Shown here one piece after another: positions 10,153 through 21,045 of a stretch of 64,000 nt of DNA. Location of the stretch: positions 2,912,001-2,976,000 of the forward strand of contig OZ242311.1 of the NCBI GenBank assembly GCA_965207885.1, given 5' to 3'. Made by a program: the position numbers and the translations under genes. The notes under the pieces were generated by a model. The model ran no database searches, was not told the DNA's origin, and worked only from the letters and a program-made list of their open reading frames with translations. Within the stretch, counting starts at the first letter, position 1. Every line of letters starts with the position of its first letter. Source of the stretch: Candidatus Latescibacterota bacterium. Lineage in GTDB: Bacteria; Latescibacterota; UBA2968.

Positions 10153-11952
10153 ATGGAAGGTACTCACTACAACCTCGTCATCTACGGCGGCAATCCCGCA
10201 GGTCTTGCCTGCGCAGTTCGATCTGCGCGTGAAGGATTGACCGTCTTGCTCGTCAATCATACCCCCCACATCGGTGGACTGCCAGCCAATGGGATGGGAC
10301 TCTGGGATACACTTTACGAAGGCTGGCGATCGCCCATCTACAATGAGATGCGTCAGGCGATCTTCGATCATTACCGCAATACCTATGGAAAAGATTCACC
10401 GCAATACGCAGCCTGCCTGCCCGGCGAAACGGGCCACTCCAATGGCAAATACGAAGCGCGTGTCTTCGAACAATTGTCGGAAGAGATGATACAGGCAGAA
10501 TCAAACATTACCCTGATCAAAAGCCATTACCCTACCGATATCGAACAAGCTGACCGCTTAATTACAGCTATCACATTCACAGAAATGAATCGCGATACCA
10601 GCTTCCGAGCTACCGGAGATATCTTTGTCGATACTTCTTACGAAGGCGATCTTCTACCCTTAGCCAATGTCGCTTTCAGAGTCGGACGTGAATCCAAAGA
10701 CGAATTTAACGAACCTCACGCTGGTCGCATCTTTATGCGATTTGCAAAGGAGCTTCCCGAGTCAGAACAACACATGGCCGACATTGTTGCATCGCTAAAC
10801 CTGAGGCAATTTGGTGGTGCGATGGAAACCATCAAGCCCGATAGCACGGGCGAAGGCGATGGTGTTGTGCAAGCCATGAACTTTCGCACAGCCCTCAGCA
10901 GCGATCCCAACAATCAGGTCAAACCAGAGCCACCAGAAGACTACGATCCCGCACGCATCAAAACCCTACTCCAATCCCTCGAAGTCAACAGACCTGATCG
11001 CGGGCAAGATGGCGGACAATTTCCCAACAACAAAAGCGACTGGAACCGACCACAACTTATTGAAGGTGCGACCGACTATGTCCACGGCGACTGGCCAACC
11101 CGTCAGCGCATCTTGAAAGACTTCTGGAACATCGTTATTGGCATTTTGTATTTCTTTCAAAACGATCCCGATGTGCCCGAAAACATGCGCGAAGCCTTTG
11201 CTCAGTGGGGGCTGGCCAAAGACGAATTTCCCGACAACAATCACATGCCCTGGGAGATCTATGTGCGCGAAGCCCGTCGTCTCGAAGGGCGTTATATGCT
11301 CACCGAGCACGATGTTCGCCTGGCCGAAGGCATAGACAGAGCGCCCATTCACTCAGATACGATTGCTATTTGTGAATGGTACACGGACGTTCACGCCTGC
11401 CATCCCGAACGCGTCAAAGACAGTCGCGATGAAGGCAAAGTCATGCTCCACAAGCAAACCGTCCCTGGTCAGATCCCTTATCGAAGCCTGCTCGCCAATG
11501 AATTAGACAATTTCCTCGTCCCAGTCTGCCTTTCTTCCAGCCACCTCGGACAAAGCGCGATTCGTCTGGAGCCCACCTGGATGCAAATTGCCGAGTCTGC
11601 TGGTTATGCGGCCGTCCAGGCCATCAAAAACAAACAGACACCGGCCGACATTGATATTGATCAGCTTCAACAAACCCTGGCCGAACAAAATTCCATGCTC
11701 ACATTTCTCAATGATATTGACCTTAACGACGACTATGCACACAACGCCGCTATACAATGGGCAGGTACAAAGGGATTCTTCGATACATACGATGCCAGAC
11801 CGCAGGATAAACTTGACCAGCACACAGCGCATCGTTGGATCGATGGTTTTGTCCAGTTGTGTGGAGAAAAACTCGACACCAAGACACTCGCACATTTAAC
11901 CCGAGGTGAAGCCTGCCAAATCCTTTACGATTCCTATTTTCAACAACAATAG
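10153..11952 (+). CDS. FAD-dependent oxidoreductase (FAD_oxidored family)
   Basis: VIYGGNPAG; YVREARRL; IPYRSLL; RLEPTWM. Confidence 0.87.
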   Translation: MEGTHYNLVIYGGNPAGLACAVRSAREGLTVLLVNHTPHIGGLPANGMGLWDTLYEGWRSPIYNEMRQAIFDHYRNTYGKDSPQYAACLPGETGHSNGKYEARVFEQLSEEMIQAESNITLIKSHYPTDIEQADRLITAITFTEMNRDTSFRATGDIFVDTSYEGDLLPLANVAFRVGRESKDEFNEPHAGRIFMRFAKELPESEQHMADIVASLNLRQFGGAMETIKPDSTGEGDGVVQAMNFRTALSSDPNNQVKPEPPEDYDPARIKTLLQSLEVNRPDRGQDGGQFPNNKSDWNRPQLIEGATDYVHGDWPTRQRILKDFWNIVIGILYFFQNDPDVPENMREAFAQWGLAKDEFPDNNHMPWEIYVREARRLEGRYMLTEHDVRLAEGIDRAPIHSDTIAICEWYTDVHACHPERVKDSRDEGKVMLHKQTVPGQIPYRSLLANELDNFLVPVCLSSSHLGQSAIRLEPTWMQIAESAGYAAVQAIKNKQTPADIDIDQLQQTLAEQNSMLTFLNDIDLNDDYAHNAAIQWAGTKGFFDTYDARPQDKLDQHTAHRWIDGFVQLCGEKLDTKTLAHLTRGEACQILYDSYFQQQ

Positions 11953-12164
11953 AGAATAGGAGTTTTCCAGGTTTACTGATCAACCAAACATTATTCACGA
12001 TCCAGGATCAACACGTATCGGCAGATTTTTTTCAACTGTGAAGCTATACAGAGTTACATTGCAGAGGTAGACCAAAGTCCAGCAAGTCGGCTGTGCAAAA
12101 CCTGATCGTTGTTTTCAAGCCATGATATGCAACCTCAGATAACAACAAATGGTTCCGACAGAGC

Positions 12165-12623
12165 ATGAGCCACAACGATTATATGCGACAGGCCATTGCA
12201 ATGGCGCAGAAGGCACCCAAGTCTCCGTTCGGCGCGGTGATCGTTCGACAGACAACAGGCGAGATCATCGCAAAAGGGGTTAACCGTTCTTCGGAAGATC
12301 CGACACTCCACGGCGAGATTGACGCGATCAATCGTTGTGCGGCAGCCCATTCACAGATCGACTGGACAGAACTCGATTTGTATACGACAGCTGAGCCGTG
12401 CCCCATGTGTCAAAGTGCCATCGAGTGGGCCGGAATTTCTACTGTTTACTATGGGACTTCGATCCCTTATCTGCAAAGCCTCGGTTGGCGGCAAATCGAT
12501 ATCCGCGCCAAAGAGGTGGCTCGCCGTACTCCATTTCGGCAGACCAAAGTAATCGGCGGTATTCTCGAGTTCGAGTGTAATGCCCTGTTTGAGGCCGCCC
12601 ACAAAAGTGACTCCAAGGAGTGA
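12165..12623 (+). CDS. Nucleoside/guanine deaminase family protein
   Basis: HGE...EPCPMC zinc motif. Confidence 0.9.
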   Translation: MSHNDYMRQAIAMAQKAPKSPFGAVIVRQTTGEIIAKGVNRSSEDPTLHGEIDAINRCAAAHSQIDWTELDLYTTAEPCPMCQSAIEWAGISTVYYGTSIPYLQSLGWRQIDIRAKEVARRTPFRQTKVIGGILEFECNALFEAAHKSDSKE

Positions 12624-12651
12624 GTCTATATATAGTTTGGGGTAAGAAAAT

Positions 12652-13929
12652 ATGGAGCATATGAAAGACGATGTAGATGTGCTCGTAGTTGGCGGAGGCA
12701 CAGCGGGCACGATTGCTGCCATACAAGGGGGGCGCGCGGGACTTCGCACGGCTCTGGTTGAATCTGGCAGTCAACTCGGCGGTGTCACCACAACAGGCGG
12801 CGTTTCCTTCCCCGGGCTTTTTCATGCCTGGGGAAAGCAGATTGTCGCGGGCATTGGATGGGAACTAGTTATAAAAGCAGTGGCACTTGACAGTGGTCAA
12901 CTGCCGGATTTTTCCGTCTTCTCTCCTGAGCGCCATTGGATGCACCAGATACGCATCAATGGCCCTGTATATGCGGCACTTGCAGAAGAAGCCTGTACTC
13001 AAGCAGGTGTGCAATTGCACTTTTATGAAATACCGACGCAAATTTTAGAAACAGACAGAGGTTGGAAAATCGAGACTGTCGGAAAAAACCTGCGGCGCAC
13101 CATCCTGACCAAACAGTTAATTGACTGCACCGGCGGAGCAAATATTGTGGGCCAGATCGGTTTTCCTCGTTTGCGCGAAGAAGAAACACAACCGGGCACA
13201 TTGATTTTTAAACTGGGTGGTTATGATGTTGATACGCTGGACGAAGATGTCATACAGAGACAGTTTATCGCAGCCATGAAAGATGGCCGATTACAACACG
13301 GCGATGTAAGCAATCCGCGCGCACGGTTCATCGGCTACCTTGGAAAAGGCGGAGAAAATGCCCAGCATGTATTTGGCGCTGATGCATCGACCTCTGACAG
13401 GCATACAAAAACCAACATTGCAGGGCGACAATCTTTGTTGCGGATTTTGCGGTTTGTACGTTCACTGCCTGGATGCGAAAATGCCCGCGTTTTAAAAGCG
13501 CAGGCAGAAACCGCTGTGCGCGAAACCTATCGCATTGTTGGAGAGGAGCAGATAACTCACGATGATTATACCAGTGGCCGACATTTTGAGGACGCTGTAT
13601 CGTACTCTTTTTATCCAATTGACCTCCATGACAAAGACGGTGTAAAGCCCCAACCTCTGTCTGAAGGCACAGTTGCAACAGTTCCACTACGCGCACTGAT
13701 CCCTAAAAACAGTCATAATTTACTCGTCGCTGGACGCAGTGTGAGCAGTGACCGACTTGCAAATTCTGCTTTGCGAGTACAGGCATCCTCAATGGCTATG
13801 GGACAGGCAGCGGGTGCAGCAGCAGCAGTATCTGTGCGTTTGGAAACAACACCCCGCGACGTTCCGCTTTCTGATTTACACGATCTACTCGTGCTACACG
13901 GCGCAGTTGTCCCTAAAAAAGACATCTAA
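12652..13929 (+). CDS. FAD-dependent oxidoreductase
   Basis: VVGGGTAG; VRETYRI; LLVAGRSVSSD. Confidence 0.88.
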   Translation: MEHMKDDVDVLVVGGGTAGTIAAIQGGRAGLRTALVESGSQLGGVTTTGGVSFPGLFHAWGKQIVAGIGWELVIKAVALDSGQLPDFSVFSPERHWMHQIRINGPVYAALAEEACTQAGVQLHFYEIPTQILETDRGWKIETVGKNLRRTILTKQLIDCTGGANIVGQIGFPRLREEETQPGTLIFKLGGYDVDTLDEDVIQRQFIAAMKDGRLQHGDVSNPRARFIGYLGKGGENAQHVFGADASTSDRHTKTNIAGRQSLLRILRFVRSLPGCENARVLKAQAETAVRETYRIVGEEQITHDDYTSGRHFEDAVSYSFYPIDLHDKDGVKPQPLSEGTVATVPLRALIPKNSHNLLVAGRSVSSDRLANSALRVQASSMAMGQAAGAAAAVSVRLETTPRDVPLSDLHDLLVLHGAVVPKKDI

Positions 13930-13950
13930 AAAACAAAGGCCGAACTTTTT

Positions 13951-15375
13951 ATGCCTGAAAAACCTGATATTATCTGGATTTACTGTGACGAACTGCGCAC
14001 CGATGCGCTGGACTGTTATGGGCATCCCAGATTGCAGTTGCGCACGCCAAATCTCGACCGTTTGGCGTGCAGCGGTGTGCGATTCACAAATAACTTTTGC
14101 AATGCGCCTGTTTGTGTTGCCTCCAGATATTGCACGCTAACTGGTCTCTATCCCGAAGACACAGGCGTGTACAACAACGAAGGTGCATGGCCAAATTTCC
14201 GGTTGCCCCGTATCCTGCAAACTTTCCCTAACGTATTTTCACAGAACGGCTATTCAACTGCCAATTTTGGAAAGATCCATGTTGCCCCCGAAATACGTCC
14301 AGGTGCCAATCCAGAGCACGAAATCTTCCAATACCACGACGGAGCAGGTGGTGAAATGAAAATCTGGGAACATCTTGGCGCAGACGCTGTGCAGATGATC
14401 CGCTCGCCCTACGGCGGCATGAACGGCGGTATTTTCCCAGACGGTGAACCCTATCCTCCCGACTCAGTCGTTGAAAATGCTTTACACTGGCTCCAAACGG
14501 CAACCTCCCCTTATCTCGTGCGCATTTCCCTTCTTCAGCCCCACACGCCGGTATTACCTCCAGCACAATATGTAAAGCTTCTCGACGATTGGGATCCCGG
14601 CCTGCCCGATCCGCTGCCTGACACCCTCTCTGCATTTGAAAAACGCGTTGCCGAAGTTTTTGGTGTGGCCAGAATGGATCCCGAAAAACTCCGTGCAGGA
14701 CGCCTTCACTACTACGCACAGGTCGCCTGGATTGACACTCAAGTCGGACGGGTCTTAGAGTTTCTTGAGGAAACTGGACGACAGGAACAAACGCTCATCG
14801 TATTTGGTGCGGACCACGGCAATCCACTTGGCGAGACAGGCGCCTTCGAAAAACTGACTTACACGCCCACAGTGCATCGCGTGCCACTTCTAATCTCCTG
14901 GTCAGACACCATACCTGCAGAGCAAGTGCGGGATGACATCTGCGATAGTCTGGACATTGCACGAACACTCTTTTCTTTTGCCAACATCGAGACACCTTCG
15001 CAATTCAAAGGCCGCGATCTTTTCACTGATCCACCCCCCGACTGTATCTACTCTACAATCGGATATGGCCAGCCATTCAGCAAGATGGCACCCAACGGTG
15101 GCCGTGGCGACTGGTATGGTAATCGCGGTTGGCCACGGCGAAGCTGCATACGCACGAGCCAGTATCGCCTTGATAAAAATGTGTTGCTCAATGGCGAAAA
15201 ACCGAAACCTGAAGATGAAGACATTTTCCTCGCAGATGTGTACGCTGATCCAGAAGAATTCACAAATATAGCACGAGATCCAGAATGTGCAGATGTTGTC
15301 CACCAATTGTCTGATCAACTGGACAAACACACAGCAAATTCTGTAGAAGTAGATCCGTCATGTTTGCAGAGATAG
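13951..15375 (+). CDS. Sulfatase-like hydrolase
   Basis: TPNLDRLA; CVASR (CxAxR variant); GKIH; ADHG. Confidence 0.87.
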   Translation: MPEKPDIIWIYCDELRTDALDCYGHPRLQLRTPNLDRLACSGVRFTNNFCNAPVCVASRYCTLTGLYPEDTGVYNNEGAWPNFRLPRILQTFPNVFSQNGYSTANFGKIHVAPEIRPGANPEHEIFQYHDGAGGEMKIWEHLGADAVQMIRSPYGGMNGGIFPDGEPYPPDSVVENALHWLQTATSPYLVRISLLQPHTPVLPPAQYVKLLDDWDPGLPDPLPDTLSAFEKRVAEVFGVARMDPEKLRAGRLHYYAQVAWIDTQVGRVLEFLEETGRQEQTLIVFGADHGNPLGETGAFEKLTYTPTVHRVPLLISWSDTIPAEQVRDDICDSLDIARTLFSFANIETPSQFKGRDLFTDPPPDCIYSTIGYGQPFSKMAPNGGRGDWYGNRGWPRRSCIRTSQYRLDKNVLLNGEKPKPEDEDIFLADVYADPEEFTNIARDPECADVVHQLSDQLDKHTANSVEVDPSCLQR

Positions 15376-15471
15376 AAGATGCTTTGGAAAGAGAGCGAGA
15401 ATGAAGCCTGAGAAATCATTCACCCCGGAACTTGAAATGGCCATCATCAAGCACCTCAATAGGAGGAGGAA

Positions 15472-16332
15472 ATGGCAGTGAAAACGGAACTCACAGACGA
15501 AGACCTGGAGCACTTCCGCGAGAACGGTTACCTGGTGCTCCCACAGGCATTCAACGCCGATGAAGTCGCCCGCATGCAACATGAAGCAGATCGGATACTC
15601 GAGCTCATCATCAACTCTTCCCTGGCCAACGGGCGAAAAAGCGGGCGACTCGACATTCTGCAGACATCTACCGGGCCGATGGTGCGCAAGATCCAGCCCA
15701 TTAACGACCTGTCGCTGTTCCTGGCCGGAGTGTCTGCCGACGAACGACTCATCGGACCCATGCGTCAACTCATGGGTGACGAGCCGATTCTCATGGAGGA
15801 GAAGCTGAACTACAAAGAGCCGCTGCCCGAAGCGATAGAGGGCATCCCATTGGTCGATCGAGAAGACCGGTTTCCGGTTCACAACGATTGGGCGTATTAT
15901 CTGGCGCAGGATTACCCGCAAGAGATCATCTCTTCGGCCGTGACTATAGATCCGTACGACGAATCGTCCGGACCGCTTCACGTCTGGCCGGGGAGTCACA
16001 AACAGCACCTGGAACATCGCCGACCACCCAACAAAAGGGGATGGGAAGTGCTACCGGATTTGATCGATTTCGATGGGGGCATCGACCTGTTGGCGCCGCC
16101 CGGCTCCATCATGCTCTTCCATTCGGTGCTGGTCCACAACTCCAGGCCGAATATTTCCGGTCGTCCGCGGAGGCTTATGATCTACAGTCATTACCCCAGG
16201 CAAAGCGACATCGGGCACGATGTGAGGAACGGGCCCAGCAGGCTCAGGGAATCGCCCTACGAGTGGGAGTATCAGCGGGCGAAGGAACGCGGTGAATTCG
16301 AGGATGTGTTCCAGGCGCCGGTGTTTTCCTGA
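15472..16332 (+). CDS. Phytanoyl-CoA dioxygenase (PhyH) family
   Basis: FRENGYLV; HND (HxD); VHNS. Confidence 0.88.
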   Translation: MAVKTELTDEDLEHFRENGYLVLPQAFNADEVARMQHEADRILELIINSSLANGRKSGRLDILQTSTGPMVRKIQPINDLSLFLAGVSADERLIGPMRQLMGDEPILMEEKLNYKEPLPEAIEGIPLVDREDRFPVHNDWAYYLAQDYPQEIISSAVTIDPYDESSGPLHVWPGSHKQHLEHRRPPNKRGWEVLPDLIDFDGGIDLLAPPGSIMLFHSVLVHNSRPNISGRPRRLMIYSHYPRQSDIGHDVRNGPSRLRESPYEWEYQRAKERGEFEDVFQAPVFS

Positions 16333-16377
16333 TTCCTCACTCGCTGAGTTCATTACCTTTTCATACTGGAGGTTTTA

Positions 16378-17691
16378 ATGGCAAAAATTGTAATCATTGG
16401 TGCTGGCAGTGGATTCGGAAGCCGACTGTCCCTCGATATTTTATCTCGTGAATTATTAAACGATTCCACAATCGCACTCTGTGATATCAACGAAGAGCGA
16501 TTGACCCAGGTGCACGATTACGTGAACCGCGCCATTGATGGCCATAGGCTCCCTGGCAAATGCATCGCCAGCACGGATCGCGAAGAATTATTGCCCGGCG
16601 CAGATTTTGTCGTCACTGCCGTATCCATTGGAGGCGCAGCCTACTGGGGCGAACCTTACGCATCTGAAATCAACATCCCCAAAAAGTACGGCATTAACCA
16701 AACTGTCGCCGACACAGTAGGTGTAGGAGGAGTGTTCCGTTATCTTCGCACCGCACACGAGCACCTATCATTTTGCAAAAGCATGGAAAAACACTGCCCC
16801 GATGCACTCATGTTAAATTATACCAACCCCATGGCCATGCTCACCTGGATGCATTCTATCGGTTCATCCATCCAAAACGTCGGCCTCTGCCACAGCGTAC
16901 AGGGCACAACAAAAAAACTGGCAAATGGCATTGACGTTCCCTACGAAGATGTTAGTTACCTCGTTGCGGGGATTAACCACCAGGCCTGGATTCTAAAATT
17001 CAACAGAGACGGCGAAGACCTGTATCCTCGCATCTTCAAAGCCGTCGATACCCATCCCAGTTTCAAAGACGACCTGGTGCGGGTCGAGATGATGAAGCAA
17101 TTTGGCTATTTTGTCACCGAAAGCACCCGACACAATTCAGAATACCTCCCCTACTTCCAGCGCACTCAGGAATTGCGGGACATCTACAACCTGCCAGAAC
17201 GCGATCCCGTCTATATGGAATTGCCCGAAGGCCGCAAACGGTCCTGGATGAAAGACACGGGCATCACAGATGACGATACCGAAGCCGAAGTCCCAAAACT
17301 GCAAGCATCCCACGAATACGCTTCTTCAATCGTAGAAGCAAAAATCACAGGTGTCCCATTTGTCTTCAACGGCAACGTCATGAACAACGGATCTATCACC
17401 AATCTTCCCGACGAATGCTGTGTTGAAGTACCCTGCATGATCGACAGAGAAGGCATTCATCCCTGTTACGTTGGTGAACTCCCGCCTCAGTGCGCCGCAT
17501 TAAACATGACCAACATCGCCGTACAAGAACTCTCCGTCAAAGCTGCAATGGAAAAAAATAAAGAAGCGGCATTCCATGCTTGTGCATTGGACCCACTTAC
17601 TGCATCCGTCGTATCTTTACCCGATATCCGAAAAATGTTTGAAGAACTCTGGGAAGCAGAAGGCGATCGACTCAGTTATTTTGATGCCTGA
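16378..17691 (+). CDS. melA: GH4 NAD-dependent alpha-galactosidase/glucosidase
   Basis: IIGAGS; NYTNPM; GLCHSV; GINHQAW. Confidence 0.85.
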   Translation: MAKIVIIGAGSGFGSRLSLDILSRELLNDSTIALCDINEERLTQVHDYVNRAIDGHRLPGKCIASTDREELLPGADFVVTAVSIGGAAYWGEPYASEINIPKKYGINQTVADTVGVGGVFRYLRTAHEHLSFCKSMEKHCPDALMLNYTNPMAMLTWMHSIGSSIQNVGLCHSVQGTTKKLANGIDVPYEDVSYLVAGINHQAWILKFNRDGEDLYPRIFKAVDTHPSFKDDLVRVEMMKQFGYFVTESTRHNSEYLPYFQRTQELRDIYNLPERDPVYMELPEGRKRSWMKDTGITDDDTEAEVPKLQASHEYASSIVEAKITGVPFVFNGNVMNNGSITNLPDECCVEVPCMIDREGIHPCYVGELPPQCAALNMTNIAVQELSVKAAMEKNKEAAFHACALDPLTASVVSLPDIRKMFEELWEAEGDRLSYFDA

Positions 17692-17765
17692 TAAGGAGCA
17701 CGCATGACCGCACTCACAAATGAAGTCGGATCCGTCTGCTGTAACACTTGCGTATCGGTAGCCAG

Positions 17766-18725
17766 ATGAAAGAAGCTAAACGGGCTTTAGAAGCTTGGGA
17801 TGTCTCCGTCCAGTGCATCAGAGCAGACGCAGTCCCAGAAGTGTATCACGTCGAGTCAACCACAGGCGAGCGCTTCGTTCTGAAGAACGTCGGCGCGCCC
17901 GATGTGCTGGTGCGTACTGAGACTCAGTTCCGAGTCACACGTCATGTTCATGACTCGGGTCTTCCCATAGCCTATCTGGTCGAGACCAGGTCCGGCTTGT
18001 CTTATAGCAAAATCGACTCGTCCATCTACATTTTGATGCCCTTCCTACCAGACGACGAACCTGACTTCTATGGCCCAGATTCAGGCCCGCTCTATCGAAC
18101 TCTAGGAGCAGCCTACGGTCGATTGCACGCCATCTTGGCCGACTTTGAGGGACCCATCATCGAGACGTGGGAGGACAACGCCTATGACCCACTTTTCAAA
18201 GACTATGTTCCCAAGGCGCTACCCAAACTTTCTGGTGAGGCAAGACGAAGAGTTGAGGACACGCTGAGTGAAGTTGAAGGCCACCTGCGACTGATCGCGT
18301 CTTCGTTGCCGATGGAGCCAGTATTCCAGGACGTGCATCGCGGAAATGTCCGGATGGTCAAGGGTGAATTTCGCGGGTTCATCGACTGCGATCACATCAG
18401 TATTGGACAGCGGATTGACGACATCACGACAGCTCTGATTTCGATGATCAAGTACCGAGGTCGCAATGGCCTGCCTTCAGAGGGAGAGACGGGTGAGCAC
18501 CGTCGCTGGTGGCTGGCTCACTTCAGCGAGTTTCTGGCGTCCTACAACGCGGTTAATCCGCTTCGTCCGTTGGAGAGAGACCACATGCCGTATGTGATGC
18601 TTTCGCGCTGTCTCCCAGAGCTTGAGGAGATAGAAAAGGGGAATACCTGTTTGCAACTCCTGGAATGGTTCCAGGCTAATCGAACGGAGATAGAGGTCAG
18701 ATTCGAAGAAGCGGTTGGCGAGTAA
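17766..18725 (+). CDS. APH-family phosphotransferase
   Basis: YGRLH; QDVHRGNV; FIDCD. Confidence 0.78.
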   Translation: MKEAKRALEAWDVSVQCIRADAVPEVYHVESTTGERFVLKNVGAPDVLVRTETQFRVTRHVHDSGLPIAYLVETRSGLSYSKIDSSIYILMPFLPDDEPDFYGPDSGPLYRTLGAAYGRLHAILADFEGPIIETWEDNAYDPLFKDYVPKALPKLSGEARRRVEDTLSEVEGHLRLIASSLPMEPVFQDVHRGNVRMVKGEFRGFIDCDHISIGQRIDDITTALISMIKYRGRNGLPSEGETGEHRRWWLAHFSEFLASYNAVNPLRPLERDHMPYVMLSRCLPELEEIEKGNTCLQLLEWFQANRTEIEVRFEEAVGE

Positions 18726-18764
18726 ACGCAGTGTCTGGCAACAGGCCACAGAGGCAGGTTTATT

Positions 18765-19259
18765 ATGGAACGCATCAATTTCAAACGGGTAATTCCAGCC
18801 GACCAGAACCGATTTCGTCCACTCGTCGAAGCTTACTGGCTGGAGATCATGCCACATGCCGATACGGTATGTACATCTGATAGTCGGGATTCGTATTTCG
18901 CAGATCGTTTTCCCCTGTCCAGCACTGAACCAAGGGTATTTTGGGGGCTAAGCGAAGGATCCCCAGTGGGATTTATTTCATTCTCCATATCTGGCACCAG
19001 GGCAGAGATAAACGACTTTTACGTTGTTCCTGCCAAGCGCAGGAGGAGCATTGGGACGTTCCTGGTAAAATCAGCCATAGAAATTACCGATAGTCTGGGA
19101 GTTGATAGGATCGATTTAAATGTCCGACGGGACAATCCAGAAGCCTTGAAATTCTGGGAAGCACAAGGATTTATGATTGGGCACTACGAACTGATTCAAT
19201 ACCGGGATCCTGAAAAGCGAGTTGGATTTTTGGGAGCCCTTTCCTCTGATTTTGTGTAA
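18765..19259 (+). CDS. GNAT N-acetyltransferase
   Basis: FYVVPAKRRRSIGT; NPEALKFWEAQGF. Confidence 0.85.
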   Translation: MERINFKRVIPADQNRFRPLVEAYWLEIMPHADTVCTSDSRDSYFADRFPLSSTEPRVFWGLSEGSPVGFISFSISGTRAEINDFYVVPAKRRRSIGTFLVKSAIEITDSLGVDRIDLNVRRDNPEALKFWEAQGFMIGHYELIQYRDPEKRVGFLGALSSDFV

Positions 19260-19337
19260 AATGTCCAATCTAAAAGAGAAACACAACACCCGCAAAATCG
19301 CGCAAAAAAATCATCTCTTCTTGAGGAGTAATTCATA

Positions 19338-20978
19338 GTGTGGCCAACACTGCGAGACTTTCTGCAAGTTCCTGTTGAGCTTACGGGGAAAGGTGTCCGT
19401 ATTGCTGTTGTCGATGGTAGATTTTCAAATCATCCCGATATTAGTACAAATAGACACCGTACAACCCACATAGTACATGTGATGGATTCTGAACCACGCC
19501 CCGAAGTGTTTTATCCAGAACCCGAACCCTGGGCAGCAGGTAGTTCGCACGCGCTGCGTGCCGCCGCTGGTGCTGCAGGATCGGGGGCTGCATCGCAGGG
19601 ATTATACACAGGTGTTGCGCCAGAGGCAGACCTATTTCTCATTGCTATGTACTTCCCAGAGCATAAATCGAACCCTAATAGATATTTACCAGACATGAAG
19701 GCGCTGGAATGGGTTCGGGACAATTGGCGAAAGTACGAGATTCGAGCAGTTATGGCAGCGCGTGCATTTCGGACAGACTCAGGCATTCTCCCCTGGCAGA
19801 TGGAACCGCTTCGCATTTTATGTGAAGAACTGGCCTCAGAGGGCGTGCTTGTAATCTCGGGATCAGGCAATGTACCTGACCAGACTGCTGCTACATCGCA
19901 GACCGCATCCCCTTCTGTGCTATCTGTGGGTGGCATCATAATCCCACCGAGTGGCGACTCGTCCCAAGCCGAAATATATCAAGGATGCCGTGGAACGACA
20001 TTTGAAGGAAAATGGGTTCCCCAAATTCTGGCACCTGCAGCGAACATTGCCCTCCCTGATGTAGAGATCGCGCAACTCCTTCATGCGAAAATAGACAACC
20101 TTCCAGGTGGCTATGCCCGCACAAATGGCACATCCTTCGCAGGGCCAATTCTGCTTGGTGCAGCCGCCTGTTTATGGCAAGCCCATCCAAATTGGACAGC
20201 TGCGGAAATAAAATCTGCGCTCATCGCTTCATCAAAGAAAGAACCTCAATGGTTAGATTTGCGTGCTGGCCTCGTATCCGTACGTGATGCGCTGGTAATC
20301 GAAGAAACAGAGAGTACACCTGAGCCTTCGATTACACCCTACCGAAACTGGTCATCGTGGCGGAACCGCCCCCTGCAGCAGAGATTAACAAAACTCAACA
20401 GCACTGATCATGAGGAAGTGAAGGATGCAATTCTTTCTTTTCTTGGAGATGCCATCCCATCTCAAGCAATAGAACCAATAAGTAAGCACGTAAAACACCC
20501 TATAGCAACTGTTCGCACAGCAGCCTTATGTGCTCTGGCAACCGAACCGGCTCAGATAAATGCGAACCATATACTGGACGCGTTCCGAGATTCTTCGCCG
20601 AATGTTCGGATGGCGGGCGTTTACTTGCTGCAAAGGTGCCAGAATTTGTGGCTCGATTGTAAAACGTCATTCTCCAATCTCTTCAACGACACGAGCTTAG
20701 ATGTTCGTTATCAATCGCTTCTACTAGCCGCACAAATGGCTTATCCAGATTTTGCCGCAGAAATTGCCGCTGGCCTTGAAGAAGACGCCCAAATGGGTCG
20801 CGTAGCGAACTTCGGGGCGCGAAGAGATGCGTTAGAGGCAATAACAGGACAGCAGTTTCCGCTTAACTCACCTCCAGAGCCAGGAAAAATACCCCATTCG
20901 AACTCGCTTCGAGATGCGCGAATGGATTTGGCACGTCGATGGAAAGATTGGCTCAGTCGTGAGTGGGAGACAAAATGA
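19338..20978 (+). CDS. S8 subtilase with C-terminal HEAT-like repeats
   Basis: IAVVDG, SSHA, GTSFAGP catalytic triad; VRTAA/VRMAG/VRYQS helical repeats. Confidence 0.8.
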   Translation: MWPTLRDFLQVPVELTGKGVRIAVVDGRFSNHPDISTNRHRTTHIVHVMDSEPRPEVFYPEPEPWAAGSSHALRAAAGAAGSGAASQGLYTGVAPEADLFLIAMYFPEHKSNPNRYLPDMKALEWVRDNWRKYEIRAVMAARAFRTDSGILPWQMEPLRILCEELASEGVLVISGSGNVPDQTAATSQTASPSVLSVGGIIIPPSGDSSQAEIYQGCRGTTFEGKWVPQILAPAANIALPDVEIAQLLHAKIDNLPGGYARTNGTSFAGPILLGAAACLWQAHPNWTAAEIKSALIASSKKEPQWLDLRAGLVSVRDALVIEETESTPEPSITPYRNWSSWRNRPLQQRLTKLNSTDHEEVKDAILSFLGDAIPSQAIEPISKHVKHPIATVRTAALCALATEPAQINANHILDAFRDSSPNVRMAGVYLLQRCQNLWLDCKTSFSNLFNDTSLDVRYQSLLLAAQMAYPDFAAEIAAGLEEDAQMGRVANFGARRDALEAITGQQFPLNSPPEPGKIPHSNSLRDARMDLARRWKDWLSREWETK

Positions 20979-21045
20979 GGTTAAAATAGCGGACTAATAA
21001 AACAAAACGACAAATCATTAATAATCACTAATAAGGAGACTCGCA

